Source: a candidate division WOR-3 bacterium (GTDB lineage: Bacteria; Hydrothermota; Tepidihabitantia; SM23-42; JAOAFX01). Taken from it: a stretch of 15,405 bases of DNA. Shown here one piece after another: positions 6,296 to 13,111 of this stretch; the first letter of the stretch is position 1, and the number at the start of each line of letters is the position of its first letter. Both the position numbers and the translations under genes were made by a program. The notes under the pieces are model-generated. The model had not been told where the DNA came from. It saw only the letters and a list, made by a program, of their open reading frames with translations, and did no database searches. The stretch is from assembly GCA_037444665.1 (NCBI GenBank), contig JBBILZ010000055.1, positions 1 to 15,405 on the forward strand, given 5' to 3'.

Positions 6296-9200
6296 TCAGC
6301 GGGCAATTATAAACTTTTCAACTTTTTTGTCTGTTCCTGAATTTCCTTCAGCAAGGATGTAAACAAGATATACACCATTGCTCAAATCATCACCATAATC
6401 ATCCTTACCATCCCAGAATTTCTGATTATATCCCGGATTACAGGAAATATCAGGGATACTCTTTACCAGACGGCCCGCAATCGTATAGATCTTTATCGTC
6501 ACCTTTGCACTCTGCGAAAGGTTGAATGTTAGCCAAAGTCCATTATAATTTTTTACGGGATTTGGATATATAAGAATATTCTCTATTGATATGCGCTCGT
6601 AAATATTGGCATTGAGTAAAATCTTTTTTATCGTTTGATTAAAAATATTATCGCTTACATACACAGTAAGGGATTCCTGAGGATTTTCCAGTGTAATTTC
6701 AGTTCTGAACTCACCTTCTGAATATGAATTTTGATTGTAGATAAAACTACTACGCAGGTCAATGCGATTTATAACATTGTCCTTACCAACATATAAAAAG
6801 AAACCGCGTGCATCTTCTTTTGAATTGAGCAGATTCACTCCACTTTCGTCAGTGACTACACCAGTAAGGGTAAATTTTTTGTCCACCCAATCCCCATCCT
6901 TTAATCGCCTTGCCCCATCATACAATTCAATTTCAGGACCGTTCTGGTCAGAAGATGGAACTGCAGTGCCATATACCTTGATTGATTCAGTACTGGCACT
7001 GAACTGGGTGCCATATACCTTGATTGATTCAGTACTGGCACTGAACTGGTCTTTATATCCACTCAATTTAATGGTCGGCAAATGGGTTGTTGAATGCTGT
7101 GGAACTACAAATTTTGCAGTATCATCGGTCCAGTAACCCTGATAGACTTCTTTTCCTTCTATACGATAATCAAATATCACGGTATCTGCTGGATTATCTG
7201 TATTACGCACTGCCCGTCTTATATGCCCAGAGATTTTATTTGCGGTTGTCGCATCAATCCACTTTATATGGGTGGTATCTTTAAGATATGCGCTAAGGTA
7301 ATAGGGTTTTTTATCAGATATTGCTTTTAATCTTTCCAGGGGTCTTACTGAATCTGGCAATGCCTGTATCTGAAAATTCTGCTTTACCTTCCTTATTTTC
7401 GTTGCCGGGTCACCCAATAATAGATATATTGCAATACCACCTGCACTATGTTTGGCAGCATAATAACATTCGCCCATTGTAAGATTCGTATCTGGCGAAG
7501 TAAAGAAACGGAATAGATACAAACCTATGTTCTGATTTACTCCAGTACTTGAACCTGCATGTGCGCCCATTGTTCCAATTGCGCCCTGTCTGATTCTGAC
7601 AAGTTCTTCAGCAATACACTCGTAATCAGAATCATCAAAACGTCCCACTGTGCACGAAGCAAAATAGAAAAAGAAAAATCGCTTTCCATTGTTGACCAAT
7701 GGTAAATAAGTTCCATAAAATAGTTTTTCATGGGCGAGTTGGTGTGTGTTTCCATGGCCAAAGAAACAACCAATGAGTGCGCCCTTATTCAATTCCTTAA
7801 TAAAATCTTCAGTTGCAAGTGGTTTTGTTGTTCCAGTTTCGTGTGGAGGAAATGGTAAATAACTCAATTCATAGACCTTTGCCCGGTCATAGATTGAATC
7901 AGGAACAACTAAACTCAGAGCCTCACAGGCTGCAGCATGTTCAGTTCCTTCCCAGCCAGTTGCATACTCATCATCAGCAGAGAGGATAATCCTTTTGTTC
8001 CAGATGCCATCAATATCACCCTGCTCATAGACAATTAGTTTATCAATAAAGTCACGCACTTCCCGGTTATTGCGCACAGTTATTCTACCCAGCACCATTG
8101 CCTCGGTTCCGAAGAAATTTACATATTCACCTTCATAAATATAGTTAGGTGGTATCCCGGGATTACCTGATAGCGTGGTTCCCGCCTCATACATCGGAAT
8201 GTAGTTCGGTGGATTCTCTTTGCCTAAATTATTTTTATAATCATAGGTTGCATCACCAACGAGCAGAACAAACTTTGGCACAGTTGTCCAGTGATTATAA
8301 GTATGATACAAAAAGTGTTTTATTGCCAGTGGGTCATACTTACCATAAGAAAAATCATCAAAGATCGCATCCACAGTAACTACCTTTGTGGAGTATTCCT
8401 GGCGACGGTAATTGACCAGTGGCATTATTGAATTATAAAAATTCCTGTGGGTAATAATAAGATATTCACAACCATTGTCTGTGGTCCTGAGACGGCCAGG
8501 GTTCGCCGGAATAAGAGTGGCATGCATAGCAGAATTTAACTGGGTAATGTATAATAATTGGGACGAATCACATTGAGTGGTAAAAGTTATATTCTTACCG
8601 CTCGTATTAAAGTTATCAAGCATCGCAGGTTTATGTAAATCTGTTATATTTAAAATAAACGGCTTAGAATTCACATTTTTACATTTAATTGTATAAGTAC
8701 CTGCATTTTGAAAATAGGCATGAAATGATTCTGTAACATCGGTCAACCGCTGATATTGCAAGTCAAGACAATTAAGGTACATTATAAGTTCTGCTGTGGT
8801 ACCAACTGGCCTTTTTATCTTGAATTCAAATACTGAAGAATCGCCATTTAGAACTCCATTTCCTGTAAAACGCACTGCCGGTAATGACATTGATTGTGGT
8901 ATAATAAGTGTATCATTGAAGAAATTATTATTGTTCAAGCCAAATCTTATCCAGAATTGCTGGGCATTGGGAGACATTGAACTAAAAATTGATGTAATTA
9001 ATTGTGCTTCGCCATAGGCATCAGCATGGAAAACAGGTAGTGCTATTGAAGTGCTCTCTGCCTTTCCAAGTGACATATCCTTCCAGAACCAATTTATACC
9101 TGAACGGGTAGGGTTCCCTTCATCCACTTCAATGTGCAAAATTTCATTGACAATTGTATCAGGACTGGAATTATTCCATTGGGCATCTGTTCTCTCCATT

Positions 9201-10180
9201 CTTTTACCATATGCGCCACCAAATGTGAACCAGTATACATTTTTTAAGGCATAACCATTTTCAAACCAGGTTACAGTTGTGCCAGGAATTAAATGGCTTG
9301 CAGGAAAACCATAGAATACAAGATAGTCCTTTTTGTCAAAACTGTGGTCGTCCTCCCCTTCCACATAGACCGGAATCTCTATCAGCGAATCTGGAAATGG
9401 GGTCTGAACATTCTTGGGCAAAATCTCAAATGCTGCTGTGTATACCTTCATAGTTTTTGGGTCAAACTGCTTGGGGTCAATGCCAGCATTACGCAATTCA
9501 TCATAATCAATTTTGTATAAACCTTCTTCACCTATTTCCATTTTAAACCAGACACCTGTAGTAAAAGGATTTTTGATGGACTGTTGTTCAACCCTTCTGC
9601 GCCAGTTCTTGCATTGTTCATAATTTATAATTGTTTGTTTATATATTTGTTCAAAAGAGTCATCCATTATGGGATACGTCTCAGGCTTACCCTGGAACCT
9701 TATCATTATCTTAAGTCTTCTTGAAACAATGAGTTCTCTCTTCACAGGGTTGTACTGCACAGGATGCAATCTTATATTCACTACCCGAATATCACGCATA
9801 TAGCCGGGCGAAGAAACTTCTATTATCTGCTCAGGAAAAAATCTATTCTGTTTATATACCTCACTCTGTTTTTCAGGTTTTTCACGCAGCGGTGTTTCAT
9901 AGATTGCGAGGGGAATAGCGGGTTTAATCTCAACTCCAGAAAATACTTCTATTTGATTCTCTACTAACTGAACCTCTATCTCTCCATTCTGAGGCACACC
10001 GACAAAGATATTTAATGAAGGCAGGTCAGGCTCACCAGGTTGAGCAAAAGATGTAGCACCGGAAAACTTTAAGTCTGGTAAGTTTATCTGTGCACCATCA
10101 AACTCAATCTGGAGTCCTTTATCGCCAATATCCAATATGTGCAGATTTGCAAAAGATACTAATAGTAAAATGGCAAGCAT
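6296..10180 (-). CDS. Peptidase C25 (gingipain family) protein, PorU sortase-like, with N-terminal propeptide-like region and T9SS/FlgD-Ig-type C-terminal domain
   Basis: PGEPDLP and RLHPVQYNP propeptide-like motifs; WFKMEIGEEGLYKIDYDEL; DYLVFYG; EYLIITH; DPLAIKHFL; VLLVGDATYDYKN; GRITVRN; catalytic-dyad motifs FFGHG (His809) and ASC (Cys843); LLGDPA; DQNGPEIEL; CTD motifs IYPNP, KIYTIAGRLVK, WDGKDDYG..LSNGVYL and KFIIAR-stop. Confidence 0.88.
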   Translation of the reverse strand: MLAILLLVSFANLHILDIGDKGLQIEFDGAQINLPDLKFSGATSFAQPGEPDLPSLNIFVGVPQNGEIEVQLVENQIEVFSGVEIKPAIPLAIYETPLREKPEKQSEVYKQNRFFPEQIIEVSSPGYMRDIRVVNIRLHPVQYNPVKRELIVSRRLKIMIRFQGKPETYPIMDDSFEQIYKQTIINYEQCKNWRRRVEQQSIKNPFTTGVWFKMEIGEEGLYKIDYDELRNAGIDPKQFDPKTMKVYTAAFEILPKNVQTPFPDSLIEIPVYVEGEDDHSFDKKDYLVFYGFPASHLIPGTTVTWFENGYALKNVYWFTFGGAYGKRMERTDAQWNNSSPDTIVNEILHIEVDEGNPTRSGINWFWKDMSLGKAESTSIALPVFHADAYGEAQLITSIFSSMSPNAQQFWIRFGLNNNNFFNDTLIIPQSMSLPAVRFTGNGVLNGDSSVFEFKIKRPVGTTAELIMYLNCLDLQYQRLTDVTESFHAYFQNAGTYTIKCKNVNSKPFILNITDLHKPAMLDNFNTSGKNITFTTQCDSSQLLYITQLNSAMHATLIPANPGRLRTTDNGCEYLIITHRNFYNSIMPLVNYRRQEYSTKVVTVDAIFDDFSYGKYDPLAIKHFLYHTYNHWTTVPKFVLLVGDATYDYKNNLGKENPPNYIPMYEAGTTLSGNPGIPPNYIYEGEYVNFFGTEAMVLGRITVRNNREVRDFIDKLIVYEQGDIDGIWNKRIILSADDEYATGWEGTEHAAACEALSLVVPDSIYDRAKVYELSYLPFPPHETGTTKPLATEDFIKELNKGALIGCFFGHGNTHQLAHEKLFYGTYLPLVNNGKRFFFFYFASCTVGRFDDSDYECIAEELVRIRQGAIGTMGAHAGSSTGVNQNIGLYLFRFFTSPDTNLTMGECYYAAKHSAGGIAIYLLLGDPATKIRKVKQNFQIQALPDSVRPLERLKAISDKKPYYLSAYLKDTTHIKWIDATTANKISGHIRRAVRNTDNPADTVIFDYRIEGKEVYQGYWTDDTAKFVVPQHSTTHLPTIKLSGYKDQFSASTESIKVYGTQFSASTESIKVYGTAVPSSDQNGPEIELYDGARRLKDGDWVDKKFTLTGVVTDESGVNLLNSKEDARGFFLYVGKDNVINRIDLRSSFIYNQNSYSEGEFRTEITLENPQESLTVYVSDNIFNQTIKKILLNANIYERISIENILIYPNPVKNYNGLWLTFNLSQSAKVTIKIYTIAGRLVKSIPDISCNPGYNQKFWDGKDDYGDDLSNGVYLVYILAEGNSGTDKKVEKFIIAR
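6966..7049. repeat. Exact 42-bp tandem duplication, in frame within the C25/PorU-like gene
   Basis: GTGCCATATACCTTGATTGATTCAGTACTGGCACTGAACTGG at 6966-7007 and 7008-7049; encodes QFSASTESIKVYGT twice. Confidence 0.97.
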
Positions 10181-10183
10181 TTT

Positions 10184-10351
10184 TTAATCCAGTTTTCTTG
10201 CTTCGTCAATCAACATTATCGGAATATCATCTTTGATCTGATATGCAAGTTTACATTTATAGCAGACCAACTCCTGTTTATCTTCATCATACTTTAACTC
10301 CCCCCGGCACTTTGGACATACAAGGATGTCTAAAAGTTCTCTTTTGAGCAT
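10184..10351 (-). CDS. Trm112/YcaR (UPF0434) family zinc-knuckle protein, 55 aa; not in the ORF track
   Basis: Manual translation [55 protein letters not shown], with LLDILxCP, CxxC..CxxC and IPxMLxDEAR motifs. SD GGAGG at 10360-10356. Overlaps the GT2 3' end by 22 nt and stops 3 nt before the C25 ATG. Confidence 0.93.
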   Translation of the reverse strand: MLKRELLDILVCPKCRGELKYDEDKQELVCYKCKLAYQIKDDIPIMLIDEARKLD

Positions 10352-11817
10352 AATGCCTCCTGATATTTCCCAAATAAAAATTTCTCTTTTAAAGAATTAA
10401 AACCAAGGTTTAAAAAACCAAAACAATAGGCGCACAAAAATGGCACGAGAATATACTGGGCATTAAATAGGGCATAAAAAAGGGTGAACAATATATAAAT
10501 ACCAAATAATATCTCTGCAACGGGAATCAATAATTTTGATTCTAAAATATATGTTCTTTGTAGACCTCCAGATTTAGGCGTTCTTGTAAATACATTGTTT
10601 TTATTGAGCAGGGATTCTATCAATGCCCTGGTATTGGAAATTGAGAGTCCCATACTGTAGGCGATAACACTGGCAATATAGGGAAGCCTCTTTTTATAAT
10701 TTGTATAACTGAGTTTCTGTGAAAAAATATAGAGCAAAGGATAACCAAATGCACCGATTGTAAAAAATGAAGCAAATATATAGTAACCATTTGAAACAAT
10801 TTTTTCAACTTTGAAATAGATTATTGGAAAGGAAAATAGCCCGAGTAAAAGCATTGCAACAAAATTTATATGACAGGTCAAATGAACAAGTGCTTCATAT
10901 TTTGCAAGCGGCTTCAGATTGCTTTGTAGCACATCCTTAAGTAATTTGCAACCAACCTGAAATGTTCCTTTTGCCCACCGATTTTGTTGTACCCGAAAAC
11001 TATCAGCATTATCAGGCAATTCGCCAGGCACAATTATATCACCACGATATTTAATACGCCAGCCCTTGAGCTGGACACGGTATGAAAGGTCAAGGTCTTC
11101 AGCAAGTGTATCACTTGACCAACCACCTGCATCAGTGATTGCAGACTTGCGCCATATCCCGCAGGTGCCATTAAAGTTGATGAATAATCCTGCCCTATAG
11201 CGTAATTCCTGTTCATTAATAAAATGATTATCAAGGCCAATCGCCTGGCTCATTGTAAGCAGGGAATCATCAGAATTGAGATGTCCCCAGCGTGCCTGAA
11301 CACCACCAATATACGGTATCTGGAACTCAGGCATTAATTTTTTCAAAAAATCCCGCGGTGGCACAAAGTCAGCATCAAAGACCGCAATAAAATCACCCTT
11401 TGCCCTTTCCAATCCATATTGTAGGGCACCTGCTTTAAAACCCTTTCTTGAATTTCTTCTTAAATGTACAATGTCATAATTTTGATTTTTCTTGTTCTGA
11501 ATAACAGTTTTAATAATTTCAGTAGTTTCGTCATTTGAATCATCAAGAATCTGCACCTCAAACTTATCCTTAGGATAGTCAATCATCAGAACACTATTGA
11601 GCAAACGCCTCACCACATACTTTTCATTATAAACAGGTAACTGGATTGTAACAAAAGGATAGTCCTGCAAATTCCCGCAAGGTGGTTTTTCAGACTTATG
11701 ATTGTTTTTTTTCTTCCTGAATTTGAAATGCAAATACAACAGCACATAAGAGTGAATGGAATAGAAAAACAAAACAATCAATACAACTGTGTAGATAAAC
11801 AGCACTAACCCAATCAA
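10330..11817 (-). CDS. Family 2 membrane glycosyltransferase, cellulose-synthase-like (CesA/CslA type)
   Basis: N-terminal [64 protein letters not shown] (D,D,D,QxxRW); several C-terminal TMs; FTRTPK. TTG start overlaps the upstream TGA (TTGA at 11817-11814). Confidence 0.92.
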   Translation of the reverse strand: MIGLVLFIYTVVLIVLFFYSIHSYVLLYLHFKFRKKKNNHKSEKPPCGNLQDYPFVTIQLPVYNEKYVVRRLLNSVLMIDYPKDKFEVQILDDSNDETTEIIKTVIQNKKNQNYDIVHLRRNSRKGFKAGALQYGLERAKGDFIAVFDADFVPPRDFLKKLMPEFQIPYIGGVQARWGHLNSDDSLLTMSQAIGLDNHFINEQELRYRAGLFINFNGTCGIWRKSAITDAGGWSSDTLAEDLDLSYRVQLKGWRIKYRGDIIVPGELPDNADSFRVQQNRWAKGTFQVGCKLLKDVLQSNLKPLAKYEALVHLTCHINFVAMLLLGLFSFPIIYFKVEKIVSNGYYIFASFFTIGAFGYPLLYIFSQKLSYTNYKKRLPYIASVIAYSMGLSISNTRALIESLLNKNNVFTRTPKSGGLQRTYILESKLLIPVAEILFGIYILFTLFYALFNAQYILVPFLCAYCFGFLNLGFNSLKEKFLFGKYQEALCSKENF

Positions 11818-12974
11818 TCAGACCCCTTGGGTAATAAAATAATATCCATATTATTTAATGGCTCACCAATATAAGCACACAATTTCCAGAAATCAAGGAA
11901 TTTCATGTCTGAATATGCAATAATAGTATCCATTTTTTCCACTTTGTCAAGGGATATCAGCAACATAATATTACCATCCACTTCAATCGCAATCTGCTCA
12001 GGCAACCCAATCTTTTTCTTCAATTTTATACTTGCGAATGGTTTTAATAGATAATCAAATTTGATTGCCACATCTTTCACCATTTCCTGATTGCATTGCC
12101 AATCACTCAAATAAACACTGTGGTTAGGATTCTTTTGCAGATAAGAAATTTTGGATGCATTACTCTGGTTCTGGGCAACACCATAAAATACTGTCCTGCC
12201 TGGAGCAAGTAATTCTTTTATATCATCAAGATTATAGACTCCTGGCACCCGAAGAATAATTTTTTCATCCTCTTTTTTAATTTGCCACTTTAAATTGAGT
12301 AATTTCAAGCGATGCTTTATTTTTTTTATTGCCTCTGACTGGTCAATACTACTATCAATCTTTATCTCATAACTATTTATTTCAGTAGTGGGCGACTCAA
12401 TCTTGATATCTTTATTATAGTTTCCAAGCAAGACCTGCCAGTAGACAGACGAATCTGGTAAACCAACCCAGATAAATACAGGTAGATATTCCTCCTTGGA
12501 GATTTTTATATAGGCAACCATATCACGCCAGCGGTCAGGTGATAGGAAAGGCAAAGTTGCATTGAACCGATAGAAATATTCTGCATCACTATTCAGTAAT
12601 TCAAATTTCTCAAATTCAAGGACACGTTCAATCTGAGCGAGGATATTGGATTCCTCTCCCCTTACTGATTGTTCCCATTTATTATCTTTTTTTGTCCATT
12701 CCCGGTCATTTATGCCAATATATTCAAAATTTATTATTGTATCGCCATAGTCCATAGTGCCTTTTACATATTCTGCCCAACCATAAATACAATCTCCACA
12801 GGCATTAACCTTTACTGCCCTGGTCTTCAATTCATAATGATAACTGAAAGACTTCTGCCGCCTGAAATTGGCAACCCATTCTTTAATGTCTTTTTCCGGC
12901 ACAGGATTATAGATAAACTTCGGACCGCAGCCTAACAGCAAAAAGACCAAAAAAACGATTTTCAGAGGTTTCAT
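11814..12974 (-). CDS. Putative lipoprotein, 386 aa; N-half LolA/LppX-like, C-half resembling the SecD periplasmic P1 domain
   Basis: MKPLKIVFLVFLLLG-C lipobox from ATG 12974. The ORF-track start at 13019 lies in the promoter region. Domain calls are by-eye pattern matches only. Confidence 0.8.
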   Translation of the reverse strand: MKPLKIVFLVFLLLGCGPKFIYNPVPEKDIKEWVANFRRQKSFSYHYELKTRAVKVNACGDCIYGWAEYVKGTMDYGDTIINFEYIGINDREWTKKDNKWEQSVRGEESNILAQIERVLEFEKFELLNSDAEYFYRFNATLPFLSPDRWRDMVAYIKISKEEYLPVFIWVGLPDSSVYWQVLLGNYNKDIKIESPTTEINSYEIKIDSSIDQSEAIKKIKHRLKLLNLKWQIKKEDEKIILRVPGVYNLDDIKELLAPGRTVFYGVAQNQSNASKISYLQKNPNHSVYLSDWQCNQEMVKDVAIKFDYLLKPFASIKLKKKIGLPEQIAIEVDGNIMLLISLDKVEKMDTIIAYSDMKFLDFWKLCAYIGEPLNNMDIILLPKGSD

Positions 12975-12987
12975 AGAAGATTCACTA

Positions 12988-13015
12988 ATTATAACAAAAA
13001 ATAAAAAAATATCAA
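12988..13015 (-). promoter_or_regulatory. Putative sigma70-type promoter of the lipoprotein-GT2-Trm112-C25 operon
   Basis: Minus strand TTGATA (13015-13010), 16 nt spacer, TATAAT (12993-12988), with extended -10 TGn. Confidence 0.7.
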
Positions 13016-13064
13016 GCAAAAAATTCGTGCTTATTATTAAGTATGGATATGAGAACCAGGGGTG

Positions 13065-13107
13065 TTGACAAAAAATGTTATATTGTTATAATTAAGATGA
13101 TAGGAGG
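13065..13107 (+). promoter_or_regulatory. Consensus sigma70-type promoter and SD for the 13112 gene
   Basis: TTGACA (13065-13070), 16 nt spacer, TATAAT (13087-13092) preceded by TGT; AGGAGG at 13102-13107; ATG at 13112. Confidence 0.8.
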
Positions 13108-13111
13108 TTCT

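Noticed and set aside
6030..7049. Possible CRISPR array from the intergenic repeats or the 42-bp duplication
   Set aside because: No constant 23-47-bp repeat separated by unique spacers; the 42-mers are directly adjacent; no cas genes.
10300..11712. Homopolymer runs (C6 at 10300-10305 in the Trm112 gene, T8 at 11705-11712 in the GT2 gene) as phase-variation tracts
   Set aside because: Short, expected by chance or from Lys codons in AT-rich DNA, and both frames are intact.
6762..12935. Short ORFs overlapping the C25, GT2 and lipoprotein genes (e.g. 6762..7136, 8149..8379, 10620..10808, 11034..11240, 12669..12935)
   Set aside because: Shadow frames of long motif-rich genes with no independent evidence.
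5382..13019. ORF-track start codons 5382, 6017 and 13019
   Set aside because: All fall within or immediately beside predicted promoter elements; the downstream ATGs at 5415, 5966 and 12974 have SD or lipoprotein-signal support.
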